Part shown: positions 51,640-64,000 of the stretch, piece by piece
Numbering within the stretch: the stretch's first letter is position 1
How the letters are laid out: the number at the start of each line of letters is the position of its first letter
Position numbers and translations under genes: made by a program
The notes under the pieces: generated by a model
The model's database searches: none
What the model was told of the DNA's origin: nothing
The model's input: the letters and a program-made list of their open reading frames with translations, nothing else
Source: Raillietiella orientalis
Lineage: Eukaryota
Reading direction: 5' to 3'
Assembly: GCA_036172245.1 (NCBI GenBank)
Contig: JAYWIR010000003.1
Span: 5,828,001-5,892,000, forward strand
DNA length: 64,000 nt

Positions 51640-53010
51640 CCCGTCCGCGACGGCGAGGGGAGGAAGGTGACGGGCTCGGAGGGGCGGCCCGAGCACTCTG
51701 CGAGTGGCGGCGCCGACGGTGGCAGAGTACCGCCGTCCAGACGCCAAGTCGGTGGAGGTGACTGCGCGAGAACCGATGGTCGAGCGCAAGTCCTCAGGCG
51801 CCACCGAGAGAGCGGCGAGTAGAAGGAAGAACTGGGGAGTCAGGAAGGTCGGTCGCGCCGAGGTCGCGCCCTCCGGCGTTCACACGCTCCTCAAGTTGGA
51901 CGGGTGTCCCTCGATGGTGCGGCGGTAGGGCACCAGGACGACCTCGTACTCTCCGTGCGCTCTCAGTTCGCCCTCCACGGATGTCCATGGGCTGAGCTGG
52001 GCACTCCTCCGACGCCCCCAACAGGCCCACCGCGGAGTCGCCCAGGTCCCTCAGAAAGATGAGGACGCCGTCCAGGATCGGCCAGTTGGAAAGGGGGATT
52101 TGCTTCCACGTGACCCACACGGCCGTCGCGTTGATGACCAGGGAGATGACCTCCTGCGTTCCTCGTCCAGCTCCAGGCGGAGCGCCGCAGGCAGGTCGGG
52201 AGTGACCATCAGGTCGGGGAGCAGTCTCGCGGGGACGGAGCCGTTCCTTGTGCGCACCAAGAAGTACCGGGAGTCGGCAAAGAGTCCCTCGACGATGACA
52301 GCGCGCAATTAGAAGTGCCCCTGCAGCGAGGGTCCAGCCGTCGCCGGGGTTATCCGCGTCGAACGACTCCACGGCGTAAGGGCGTTCGCTGCCACCTCAG
52401 ATCAGGAGCATGGACGAGCTGGTCACGTTGACGACGTCGGGCTCGCCCTCCGCATGCGAACCGCCGTCGCCCGAGGGAGTGGGTGGGGAAGTCAGCGGCA
52501 GCTCGAGGGCCGACAAGGAGGTTGATAGGGCTGCATCCTTTTCTGCAGACGCGGTAAAGAAGCCTCCGGTAAAGGCCTTCGGCCCTGGCACGTGCACGAG
52601 CCGAAATCCTCCGGACGGAGATCTGAGGAGAGGAAAGAATAGAAGTGACCTCGGGACGAGCGTCGCTGGCGGTCGATCGGGGTAGGCAACCGACCGTCTA
52701 TCTGCAAGCTGCCGCTGCTGAGGGTGGTGAAGCGGTCCTGGTCGACAGGCAGGTTGAAACCTCCACGCCGCGACCGGAGCAGGCGAAGGTCGTTGCCGTC
52801 GGCGATCACGTGACAGAGCAGCACATCAGTCTGCCCCGCGGCGTAGGCGCAGTCGCGGGGCTCCAGGGAGGGGACCACCGGAGGAGGAAAGAGGACGATG
52901 TCCCCGAACTGGCCGGCGAAGGTGTCCAGGAAGACCCGCGCCTGCACGGCACCCACGGGACCGAATGCGTTGCACACTAGTGGCCGCCGTCTGGGTTGCC
53001 TCGATACCAC
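51640..53010 (-). pseudogene. Roundabout (Robo)-like Ig/FN3 receptor pseudogene fragment (end of one Ig, one Ig, three FN3)
   Basis: Translations CNAFGPVGAVQARVFLD..PPPVV, LLCHV..RFTTLSSGSLQID/DLRPEDFGSCTC, EPDVVNVTSSSMLLI*, VEGLFADSRYFLVR, INATAVWVTW, YEVVLVPYRRTIEGHPSN and DLASGRRYSATVGAATR follow the Robo ectodomain order. In-frame TGA at 52397-52399 and 51880-51882, several frameshifts, and a 72-bp GT-AG intron at 52623-52694. Confidence 0.8.
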
Positions 53011-53064
53011 GATTTCTTAGATAGCATGGAATTCCTACTTGTTATGAATTACATACTATCTTAG

Positions 53065-54349
53065 ATACAGATTCCATGAATCCAGGGAGGTTCCACAGGA
53101 AGGAGTCCGTTGCTCTTACGCTTGGGTAGGGAACCCCAAAAGGAACCTTCGAGCCCTGATTGTTTACGAAGGGAACACCGGAGGGAATCTCTTCCTTATC
53201 CTCTCCGGCAGGATCCCCCGGAGGGGATCACTCCTCATTTTCTTCTCCGAAGGAAGCCTGCAGGGGAACCGCTCCGTGTTTCTTTGAAGAGAACCACGAA
53301 GGGACGCTTCCCAATTTCTCCGAAGGGTCTCCCTGAAGGAAGCAGAGCACTTCTTGACACTCTAGAGAGGCATCAATCAACCAGCTCCATGGCGTTTGAT
53401 GGAGGGTACGCTCACTTGGGAAGAGGGGAGGAGACGACTTCACTTTCACAACCGGAATCGAACACCGTGGGAAACCGGTTTCTTGGTTCCTGGAAGAGAT
53501 CCCCTAGGGTCAGCTGTCAATCGCGGCCAGTCAGAGGCGACATCGAGTTTCCACCAGTGCCGCACCCGTCGGCATCACTGGACACGGGGAGGAGAAGTGG
53601 ACCCGAACTGTGCACGGTGCAGGGAACGGAAATCCCTTCCGCACCTCCCAGTGGACTGTGTTGCCCTCCGGTCCTTTTGGGGACGCTTTGCCTCGAGCCT
53701 TGGAACTCCAGGCGGCAATCCCAGGGAGGTTTCAAAGCGCCTCTTCTTGCGCGACGCCCCCACGCCGGCCTCATCCACAGAAGCACTTTTTGCTGCCCAC
53801 GAGGCGGGATCGTGACCACATCGAGAAGCTCCAGAGAAGGCCAGGACGACAGGGGCACCATCTATTCTGTTGCCCTCTTCATGGAGATGGCTTCTCTGGT
53901 GATCCTAAAACAGGAACTTGCCGGCATTCTTACAAGGATGCAGAGGACATCGTCCAGCACACACGGATCCCTTCCCGAGCTCCCCCGTTTTGGGGGCTGT
54001 ATGTTTTCTGTTGTTCTTTTTGTTTATCTCCCCATCCCTGGTGCTGTTGAGGCGACCCCGTTGATCTGCGTGCCAGATCCTGGCAGATTCCTACTCATAG
54101 TTACAAGTAACGTGGCAGGATCAAACGTCCTGCCACAGACGTGTTTGTTTATTTTATAAAGAAACGCCCCGGCGCGACCGGGTGTCAACCAGTGTCGCAC
54201 CCGAAGCCTATCAGACCAATCAGAGTCATCCTGCGCGCAGTGGGGACTCGAAACTCACGACTCACTCCCCATTCTCGGCGTCCATTCTCCACGTGGAGAT
54301 TCAAACCCGCAACGCGTGGTGTCTCGCGCGGAGGCCGCACCCACACGGC
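53065..54349 (-). mobile_element. Second young copy of the composite element, inverted relative to the 36.4-kb copy and truncated at both ends
   Basis: Near-identical reverse complement of ~36434-37655 over most of its length. The plus strand carries the same zf-RVT-like peptide, 3'UTR hairpin and reversed tRNA-like head. Confidence 0.85.
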
Positions 54350-57300
54350 TTGAGGGCACGATCGAATCAGGTGCTTCGTGCAAGAAGACGAACAGAGCGT
54401 TTGCATGTTCCAGTCATCATAGTGGGACGTACCTTTGTTGATTTCTAGAGGTCTTACTAGGAGTAAAACTTTCCTCCTCCAAAACAATCAAGCTCCTGGA
54501 AGACATGCCGGTTGCTATGTCACTCGACTATCGGTGTCCTGTTTGAGGAACTAAGGAGCAAGCGAGCTGCGGATGAATCGTGAGAGAGCATGCTTGTTCT
54601 CCAAAGACGTGGCAGCTTTCTGGGACACGCCATCGGCTGCAACGCTCCTCAGCACCAACATTCTCTCATGAAAAGTCGAGCTGCCTCTTTGTGGCAGAGA
54701 ATTCCCAAGCATCATCAAACCAAGGTGGTTCCAGATTCCGAGAGCTCAGCCTCAGAAACGAGAACGGTGGTTTTGGAAAACTCTTGGCTCTGGCAAAAGC
54801 TGAGTTGCTTAGCAAAGTGCCTTATTATTCTCTGTGGCAGGTGACTTAGCTGAACTGCTGACACAGCTGTGTGTCATCTACGTGTCTCTGTGACACGGAA
54901 GGAGGAGGGAAATCGGCAGTCGAGTGTACTGTAAAGCTGCTCTGGATGAGTAGCTGGCGTAGAAAAGCAAACAGGGGCTGCTAATTGTTCCCAATAAAGG
55001 AAGATTCAACGCTTCTTCAGATGCATTTTTCAATGGCGTGATTCCAGTAACTCTAGTCTCAGGCAAGTGTCGAGCACGAGCACTTCCCCTTTCTCAGGGA
55101 TCGGAACACCCCTGGACAACCAAGCTATTTCTCTCGTGTTTCGCTCAAGTTCGGAGATGGTCCATTCGCTATCCGTCGGTCTTACTGGTTTGGGGGTGAA
55201 ACGGGGTGTGGTAAGAGGGACGTCCGAGGAGCCGAAGGGTCTCGGAGAGGCACACGAGAGGACTCCAGAACTAGGAACTGCTCCCTCAAACCATTCATTG
55301 GAGGAAGCAAAAGCGCCAACGAGGAATGGGTGGAACTATCTTCTGAAACAGGAAAGGAGACAAAGGGACCAGGCAAAGAAACTTATTCTCTAGCGAGAAA
55401 AGGAGCTGTAACCATCAGTCAGGAGGCTTAATGGAATCGACGGTGTCGCATAGCAGATGGATGTCCGTCTGCAGTAAGCAATATTTAAACCAGAAGGGGA
55501 CTTGTAAAATGAGGGAGATGGACGCCACTGTCCAGTGCTCAGTAAGAAGAAGAACAGGTTAAAACTGAGCAGGTGAAGCATGGGAGCACCGACTGGAAGG
55601 GAAGCCAAGTGTTAGATGCTTTCGCATTACGTTGCATGCGTGCTGAGGCGACCATCAGTTGTGGTGCTTTTGGCAGACGCAAGCGAGTCTCTTGTGAAGC
55701 AGGGAATCCCAGGAGATAACGATAGGGTTGAAAGTTCAAGATGGAGTGAATATGAACAACGCTGGTGCGTTTGAAACTCAACTGACCTGGTGTGCTGTGT
55801 CGAGGGGGGTCTTCCATGGTGCTCGCCGCTTCGTTGGCCTCTCTGTGTTATTCCGTTCTCCCGCCATCTTGAATGCATTCCTCAAAGAAGTTGTCTCTGT
55901 TTATTCGAACCTGAGCGAGCTGAGGAGCGGAGAGGATGCGTTTCCTGACCCACCCTCCTTCTGCTAATTAGCATCCACACTTCAGCTGTAAAATGAAACA
56001 GTCATGGATGGCCACTTATTCTACTCGCTAGTCCTTTGACAGCTTCCGGAGCCCAGATGCTGCATCTGTCACTCCAAGTATGCACAAGTAAGTTTGTCTG
56101 CAAAGATCTTCATCCAAGGAAACAGCGTAGCCGAAGTTCTCGAGTAGGAAAGCTGACCATGTAGCACCTTCTGTGAGCATCACAATTGTCTACCAGGGGG
56201 GTCCTGGTAGACAATTGTGATGCTCTGTGATTTCGTCCTCTGGCCTCTTTGCTCGCTCTGTGATTTCCAATGCCCTATGCAGCAGCCAGAGTTTGATCAC
56301 CATGCCCTCATCCTTACGCCACATCCTCATCAAAGCGGTGCTGTCAATATGAAAGACAATCAGCGTCTCCCGCTTGCTGCGGACAGCACTGCTGTGGTTC
56401 GGTTGCGTTTTCGGGGAATCCGCCCAGGAGTCCGAGATGCAGCGGAGCAGGCGAGTCCATCAGTCTCTTGGTAACCAAATCTCAAGCTAAGAAAAACAGA
56501 AAAAAACACGGAAGACTCGATCCAGGTTTTATGAAGGTCAATCCCACAGATAGGCAGCTCCAGGCTACGTGGTCAAGTTGCGCTCTCCGGAAGATGATTT
56601 CCCATACTCGAAGAATCACGTCGAGGACCAGAGTCCCTGTCTTCTGCTCTCATTCCCTTGATTCCCTCTCGATCGCAGCATGGGAACCACCAGAGTTCCT
56701 GGATTTGCAGCAGCACCTCTGGTGCGTCTCCGTCTTGAAGGAAGAAAAGTTTGCTCGTATGAGGATGCTTCCTGAGTTTCGCCCAGGTGCCCACGTGATG
56801 ACGTCTCCATGGGACTGGCTGCTCGGTATAGTGGGTAGGGCGTGAGAGGCAAACCAGCGCTACTCCGCTTTCTCCCCGTTCTCCCCCATGAGAGCCCCGT
56901 CGGGGCTCTCACGAATCCCCGACCCTCCACGAGGACTCGTTTCTAAGGAGCTCCCTGCGATGCACCACCAAGATATCAAGCGGGTGAAGCAGGAGGAGGC
57001 ACCTCCGAAGATGCAGAGAATCACCCGGCATGCAGGCAGAAGAAGGAAACGGCTGGTGCATCTCGCTCATGTGAGCACGGCTGAGGAATCCTGAGGAACA
57101 CTCTTAGAGGTCAGCGGGGCATATTTTTCATATTTATGGATTCCTCGTTTCAAGAGGCGGTCGTGGAGGCTGCCAAGAAGTCTCCTCTGCTATGTACTGA
57201 TCGCTTCCCCGGCGAGCAGTGTAGCCTCCCGAGTAGGACCAGCCGACCATCAGAGGAAACCGGAAGACCGACGAGCTGGAGAGGAAGAAGTTCTCGGAAG

Positions 57301-57715
57301 AGAAGTGAGCATGTGTATTTATTTCTCGAGGGACAGGACAGGGAACTCTGATTCCATGATGAGACGTTTTCTGCGGAAGCAGCTTGAACTCCCGTGGTGG
57401 GTGAAGCCAACTCCCTCAGATGCGGGTGAGCAGAGTTCTCCTCGGGGGCTTTGTTGACCTCCTTCTCTTTCCGCAAGAGGCCTTAATGGTTCCGCGTCAC
57501 GCTGTTCCAGAGTCTGTCCCCAGCTCACTCCCTTCTGCCATTCTTCTTCTTCCTGAAAAGAGCAGCAGTTGAGTCTCTCGAGGCAAGTGATGCAGGCTGG
57601 CAACAGCAACAGCGGAGGGAGGCGAAAGAAGGAAGGTGATTTTGCGTCCCTCGTCTCGGAGGCCTTGAAATCTGTCGCGGTTCTTTGCTCACACCTTCTA
57701 CCCACCCACCCTCCT

Positions 57716-57961
57716 TCAACCTGCTCGCGAGATGGAAATTTTTCGGAGTGGAATTGATCTCCCATAGGAAGAGAAGCTGGCGAACCTGCTGCTGATGCAA
57801 GGGAAATCCCAGTAGGACTGTCCTTTTCCGAACTGTTCTCCTTCCTCCATGCTCGAGGGCAGCCTCTGGTTCATGGTCTCCGGAAGGAAGGACGCCAGCA
57901 CCGAGCCTAAGGTGGCCGCGGCTCCTAGTATGAGAGTGGGCAGTGTGCGGTGGAACACCTT
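57716..57961 (-). CDS. SLC22 3' exon (KVFHRTLP...LPET...YWDFPC)
   Basis: Acceptor ttgcag|AAG after a 62-bp intron. The end is uncertain: either the in-frame stop at 57716 or a possible donor at 57786 (CAG|gttcgc) followed by another exon. Confidence 0.8.
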   Translation of the reverse strand, partial: KVFHRTLPTLILGAAATLGSVLASFLPETMNQRLPSSMEEGEQFGKGQSYWDFPCISSRFASFSSYGRSIPLRKISISRAG

Positions 57962-60900
57962 CTGCAACCCCGGACACACCCCGGTCAAGGACCTCCAAAA
58001 CCCGGTCGGAGAGACCCATTTACCAGGTGTATGATGACGGGTGACATGAAGGTCATCAGGTGTGCAATGACCTCCGTGACTCCCATCGCCTGCGAGCGTA
58101 TCACAGTGGGGTAGATCTCCGACTGAGCCTGCATCAGCACGTTGTAACTGATGTTGAGGAAGAACCTCGCGATGATGGCCATGGCGGCGTAGGCGGCGGC
58201 CAATTCTAGAGATGATAGATGGCTTTTAAGGAGCTGGAGGAAGAACAGAACGAGGAGAAAGAGGAGATAAAGGGGAAGGAGGGGGGAAGTTAGGAGGAAG
58301 TCGAGGAAGAGGAAGAGGAGAAAGGGGTTTTTATAAAGGGGTGCCTAAAGATTTTCAGGGCAGGGAGGAAGCGAGCGAGGGACAGGAAAAGGGAGCAGGG
58401 AATGAGAGTAAGGAGGGAAATGCTCCCGGAAGACGTACCGAATGGGACGAAGGCTGCCAGTATGCTAGTCAGTCCGCCCAAGAGCAGGAAGATTACAGCC
58501 GTCCATCTCCTACCTATCTTCTCGGAGAGGTACATGGACGAGAATGCGCCGGGGAGCTCCGTGCAAGAGGATATAGAGAACGCGAGGTATGGGTTAATGC
58601 CGAGGTTGACCGAATTTCGGACGTGGCCGTCGAAGGCAATGCCCTGCAGGCTCCTGCAACGGAGGAAACGATGGGGAGCTGGGAATAGAACTCCGAAGAG
58701 CTCGGAGGAGGAGAAGCGGGGGCGCGCAGGCCATCCTTCCGCCTCGGGGAGAGACAAGGACGGAATCTGCCCTTGGATCTTCCCCATGGAAGACGGAAGA
58801 ATGGAAAGGAGAAGGATTAAGGACCATTTTCCGAGCGCGAGTGGGCCACATCATCAGAGCAGGACTGAAGGATCGTCGTAGGGGGAGGTGCTCTTTCCGC
58901 AAACGATGATTTCTGCTGGAGGAGCTCAGCCTCCATCCTCGAGTCCATTGGTATCGACTGTGTGCGCGGGTGAGGTGAGAAGGAGGACTCAGGGGGAGCC
59001 CAGCCGAGCCGAGAGCATCCCGAAACACGGGAGAAACTCTTCCCAAGAAGACGGCAGCCGTGTTTCCTCTTCTTCGTACTTTCAAGCTGTCGGCGAGCCG
59101 GAGGATGCAAAGGACAGCCAAGCCGCGGGCGCTTCTGGAAGCCGATGGGGCTGTGGGGATTCCCGAGAGGAGGTGAGAACGCAGTTCCCAGTGACCTGGA
59201 GACCTCCAGGTGGGGAGAGACGAGGACCACGCCTGTCGGGAGCGAATGGGGCGCTATTTGGCAGCCTCTCGGGAGGAGGAGAAGTGCGGAAGGTGCGACT
59301 GCCCTTACCAAATGGCGGCCATGAGGAGCACCCTCATCCGGATCCTTGGCTTCCTGAGGGCGTCCAGCCACGTGTGGATCTTCCTCTCCGTGTTGACCTC
59401 CTTCTCGACGAAGACCTGCGGGAAGATTCACCATGAAGGGGAGGTTCCTGACAGCGCCTCTGTCCTCGGGGAGCGGGTTGTGGGGTCCAGGAGAGTGTCC
59501 GGCTTCCCGGGAGAGCGACCGAGAGGTCCGCAGAGGGGAGGCCTTGGTCCCCCTCCGTTACATAGGTGGCTGGCTCATCCCCGCTTTCCTTTCTCACTCG
59601 CGCTGCCTCCGTCCCTGCCGGTCCCGTCCGCGGGCTGGCGGTCGAAGGCGACCATCGAGTGACCCGAGGCGGCCCCGGCGGTCGAAGCCATCGTTGCTAC
59701 GAGCCACCGGCGCACTGCCCTGAGCAGCGAGAGCAAATGAAGGAGGGAAGTACCTTGATCTTGGTTCTGGCCGCGTCGTCCAGCTTCATGCCGTTGCTCT
59801 CCGCGATGTCTTCCAGGGTTCTGAGGGTTTTGTCGACCTGACCCTTCCCCATCCTCCACCGGGAAGACTCCGGGATGATCAGCGGGGACAGCACCGCCAG
59901 GGCAGGCAGGCTGTGGAAGATGATGCAGAACCACCTCCAGTCACCGATGCCGTAGGCCGACCAGGAGAGGGCGACTGTAGTGGGTGCGAACCCGAGCGCT
60001 AGGGGCACCATCAGGAACGTTGTCCGCTTTGACACCTCGATGTACTCCATCCCTGGAAGGAGGGATGCGAGGAAAGGGCGAGCAGGAATTCCGAGAAGGC
60101 TTCCTCCGCTCCGAAGCGCGCGCGCGCCCCGAGGTCACGACGGGCGCAGAGATGGGGCAGGGGAACGGGTAGCTGGAGGGAACGATCCCATTTCTCCGTT
60201 ATTTCCCTGAGAGAAGAGCAAGCAGAGGGACTCTGCACTTCCGCGCATGCGCACAAGAGTGGGCCGGACCGTCACCTCCTCGCGTCTCGCCCTCCGGAGG
60301 CTGCATCCCCTCTCGCAGGAGTTTATGGTCCACTCGGGGAGGGTGGAACGCAAGGAAGGGGCGGGAAGCACCCGCAGCACTCCGTTCCCCAGCGCATCAG
60401 GACGCCCCTTGCCCCAACCCTTAGCTCGTGGGCTCCCGACCGCATCTCAGAAAATCCCGCCTTATGATTTCCTTCCTCCCCGTCTCTCCCCACGAATTCT
60501 CAGCGGACCCTGCAGGTAGGAGCTGCCATCCACGTCCTTGTCCCGTGCTAGACCCGTCTGCACCCCTTCCCTGCCTCCTCCCCCTCCCTACCTCCTTCCT
60601 CAGGAGTGCGCTGGGTCTTACCAGAATTCTCTCCAAGCGACTGAGGAACCGCCGAGGGAGCTCTCTGATCCCTCGGGGAGACTCGCTGTTCCCCCACCTG
60701 TCCTCCTTCCCGCGTGGTGATGAGAGTAGACGAGGAGGAGGAAAGGGGGTAGGCGGGATGGCAGCGTCACCCCTTCACCCGCTCCTTCCCTTCCCCAGGC
60801 AGGCGCGCGATCCCTTGACCTCAGGGATCCGGAGGAAGTAAGGGACCTTTCCCTAACGGGTTGGTTGGGGAAGGACCGCCCCCTTAGGTTTTGCGTGGGA

Positions 60901-63454
60901 GTTGGAGTAAGCGAGGATAGGATTCTCAGGAGACGACTCCCGGCGCTGAAAGGGGCAGGAGCCTGCAGCATGCATGCCTACGGCGTCCCTAGAAGATCGT
61001 GCTCTCCCTCTGTCTCTTCTCCTCCTCTACGATCCTAGAAGCAGAAGAAAACATCCTTTCTGGACCGCTCTCCATCCCAAGGGAATTCCGGAAGGGCCAC
61101 GTGCGAGTTTTGGAGCAGACCCCATCCTCTTCCTCCTCCCTTGAAAGAGAACCCACGGGAAATGACGCTGCGGGCTCGCGCGGCTGCTGCCATCGGCGCC
61201 GCCCGCTTCTCCTTCGAATTCTCCCGGAGAGTGCGGACTCGTGACGCCTTGCGCCTCCCAAAGAGCCGGAAGAGGACAGAGTCCCATCCTTTTTGCTAGC
61301 CCCGTGCCTCCCGCTCAGGCGCGTTGTCCCTGCTCAATGTAGAGTCAGTCACGGAACTCTTCTGGTCCGTTCATCTCCATAGTGCCCGCCCTGCCGTCCT
61401 GCCTGCTTCTCTTCTCTAATCTCTGCCGAGATCGGTACTCATCTCGCAACAGTTGTGGCCGCTTCCCTGGAGGCGACCGACGGGTGCGCTACAGCGGCAG
61501 CAACCCAGCTCCCTCTTTGTTGCGCAAGGGCAGGAGGAAGGGGGGAGGTCTATCATCAGGGTAAAAAAGGGACCGCCTGCCATCCACACATCATTCTTTC
61601 TTCCGAGAGATTTGGTCTTCGACTTAAGATGCCCTAGAGGCTTCGAGATCCTCGCGGACAAGAAGAGGTGGATGAGGCGCACCTTCGGATGGTTTCCCCG
61701 CTACGCGCTCTTCTCTTCGGAGTGTGAGAAACGAGCGGCGCAAAGCCGAGACACGAGCCGCTATCACACGAGCATCGGAAGACCACTCACGGGACTGCAA
61801 AAGTGTATCGCGGATTTGATGATCCCTACGGGATAGAGAGGAAGGGAAAAGCAAAGGGAGGGCGGGGGAGAAACTCCCTTGCTGGCGCAAAAGGGTTTCA
61901 TTGAGGATAAACGGGGCGTGCAGAGACCGCCATCTCTTTCTCTCCCTCTCTTCGTGTCTTAACAGGAAGGAGGTCAGCTGTGTCCAGCATCCTTTCTCTA
62001 GGGTGGCACGGATTTCTTCTGGTCTTTCCAGATGCTATACTTTCCGGGCTCCACACCTGGAGCAACAGCAGCACCTCTCCTAGAGGTGTGTTGCATGTGG
62101 CAAGGCATCCAGGATCTGGAAGTTTCCGTGACTCTTGAAGGAGAGAAACAGCGAAAGCTCTTGGTCCTGGGAAAAGAGGAAACTTCGAGACGTTGAACGG
62201 AGGCGGAGTTCGTGGAATGGCGCGTAGGAGGTTTCCTCTTTTCGGTCTGCGTCTCCCTTGGCAATGGAGGGTTCCCTCGACTTCCTCTTCACGGCGTTGC
62301 GCCTCGAGGATGGCGCGTTCTGACCACGTGGTGAGGAGAATGACCTTGCTGGGATGCGTTCCTCGTTCAACAAAACAAAGACGGAACGATCTTCCTCCCG
62401 AGCCGGTGCGTCCTCAGTCCCAAGGCCATTGCTACCACGCGTGCAAGTAGCCTGATACCTGAGCAAGGAATTCCTGCGTCGAGAGAGTCTCTCGACCCTC
62501 CCTCCCTCCTCCTGCTCTCATCTTTCTCCGGACTCACAAGAGACTTTTGGCTGCTTCCCTTTGAACGACTCTGGGAAGCAGGTGAGACTCAGACTGGGCC
62601 ACGCTTTCCCTCACTGCCTCGTAACGAGGACGGGAGCTCCCCTCCGGTGGCACAAGCCACCGGGCGACCACTTGTTGCCACGTTCATCTGTCGTCCCTGT
62701 TCCGATTTCAGCCGAGCGCGCAGTGAAGGAGCGGTCAGGGAGCCAGCTAAAGAGAAAGAACTCGAAGTCCTGGAAAGTCTCAGGACCAACAGCGCCAAAA
62801 TCACTTCTCGTTGATGCAGAAATCCATCATCTGTTCTCTGACGGCGCCGACTCTGATGGAATGGGAACCCTGTCGAATGGTCAAGACCGCGGGACCGAAA
62901 AACTTGGAAGACGGAAACCGAGTCCTCCTCCTCCATGGAAATCGAAAGCGCCTGCTTGTCGCCATGCAAGCACCGGGACCTGTTGTCAGCGGCAACGACT
63001 GGAATTCACGAGCGTCCCAAACCCCACTAGCGAGACGTTTCCCTCGCTCGCTCCCTGCCGGGAGCAGAGCGGATTCCGCAGAAGGGAAACGTCGGAAGAG
63101 CTGGAAGACACGAGAACGCCCCCACATTCTGGGGCAGAGCAGCTCTGCCTAGGAGCCGCAGAAAGAGGCGAGTCAGCGCGAAGCCCCACACTCACCGAGT
63201 ACAAGCAGCGACGAGCACTGAAGGAAATAGGTCGTTCCGACCAGGAAGCGGAAGATGACGAAGGCAGTGAGATCATTGGAGAACGCTGTGGCGATACCGA
63301 AGACGGCAGCTGTGAGGTTGCTCAAGACGAAGGCGGTCCTCCTGCCGAAATTATCGGAAATGAAGCTGAAGATTAAAGTTCCGATGCAGGAACCGACGAA
63401 AAAGAGCGCTTGGGCAAACGTGGCCTTCCAATTATCGTCGCACACCCAGTTCAG
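57716..63454 (-). CDS. SLC22-family (organic cation / carcinine-transporter-like) MFS transporter, spliced; 5' exons not found in the window
   Basis: Six exons with GT-AG borders and consistent phases splice into one frame carrying SLC22 motifs: WVCD, ISDNFGRR, FRFLVG, MEY, DWRWF, PESSRW, ELPG, IGRRW, SEIYPTVIRS, LPET, YWDFPC. Confidence 0.93.
58024..58205 (-). CDS. SLC22 exon (ELAAAY...SEIYPTVIRS...IIHL)
   Basis: Acceptor ctctag|AA, donor CTG|gtaaat; EIYPTxxR motif. Confidence 0.92.
58439..58653 (-). CDS. SLC22 exon (SLQGIAFDGHVRN...AAFVPF)
   Basis: Acceptor ttgcag|G, donor TTCG|gtacgt; ELPG and IGRRW motifs. Confidence 0.92.
59309..59415 (-). CDS. SLC22 exon (VFVEKE...LDALRKPRIRMRVLLMAAIW)
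   Basis: Acceptor ccgcag|GTC, donor TG|gtaagg; resembles the loop and helix start preceding TM7. Confidence 0.85.
59754..60052 (-). CDS. SLC22 exon (GMEYIEVSKR...RTKIK)
   Basis: Acceptor ttccag|GG, donor AAG|gtactt; in phase with the previous exon; DWRWF and PESSRW motifs. Confidence 0.92.
63196..63454 (-). CDS. SLC22 exon (LNWVCDDNWK...SSLLVL)
   Basis: Acceptor ttgtag|CTG, donor CTCG|gtgagt; contains the SDNFGRR MFS motif. Confidence 0.92.
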
Positions 63455-64000
63455 CTACAAGGCAAAGCAGATTTACGCGGCTGCTCATTGAAAATTCAAT
63501 TTCATTTAAAAATCCGAATGAGTCATTCCTCGAATCTCATATGGAGGATGTGACAGCTGCCTGGAAACTCCTCACGGGATAATTTCGCGCGAGGAGCACT
63601 GCTCCGGGAGACAAAGTAAAAAGATGATCTTTTCCGCTGGTACTCATTAAGTTCCGGAACTCGATCGCTCTTCATCTTTGCGTGGAAAAAAACAGAAGTT
63701 CCTCTGACGCGAGGAATTCTCGCCGAGCAGCAGAATCATCTCAAATCCCTCCCACGAAATCCACGCCCGACGACTTGCAGTGGTTCGGTCCCATAACTTG
63801 TGGTGTAAGGTCTCTTCTTCCCACGTCTGAATGCGGCAAGTCGTCTAACTGTGAGTTGCAACTGAGGTTAACAAACAGAGCCGGGCAAGAAAACATGCTT
63901 GTAATTGTAAGGTTGATCCCGGTTGAGAATCCCTTCGCAGCACCAGCCATTTTAGTCCTTTCCTTGCAATCCTGTAGCTGTTTTTTGCGACGGAGGAAAA

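Noticed and set aside
54215..54265. Hammerhead ribozyme (gagtc...gactc-gaaa)
   Set aside because: No CUGANGA core precedes the stem; the cgaaa is the reverse complement of the B-box-like ttcg.
60300..61300. Decayed LINE 3' end within the SLC22 intron
   Set aside because: The composition is suggestive, but no intact diagnostic motif was found.
62561..63376. 271-aa plus-strand ORF
   Set aside because: No recognisable motif, and partly the antisense shadow of an SLC22 exon.

Overview
This is repeat-dense animal DNA with short GT-AG introns, probably from an arthropod (inferred from the protein families). One gene looks intact: an SLC22 organic-cation/carcinine-transporter-like gene on the minus strand, with six exons at about 57.7-63.45 kb and its 5' exons apparently beyond the right edge. 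The window also holds a decayed, intron-containing Roundabout-like (Ig+FN3) pseudogene at about 51.6-53.0 kb, a 1002-bp TTAA-flanked non-autonomous piggyBac at 42562-43563, and many decayed L1/Tx1-clade LINE fragments. The most striking structure is a repeated composite element: a tRNA-derived (A-box/B-box) head joined to the ANTISENSE 3' end of an L1/Tx1 LINE and, in two copies, closed by a shared A-rich tail. Copies lie at about 6.5, 11.5, 36.4 and 53-54 kb, with a relative at 38 kb. The family keeps a covarying 3'UTR stem-loop. All similarities were judged by eye; no searches were run.
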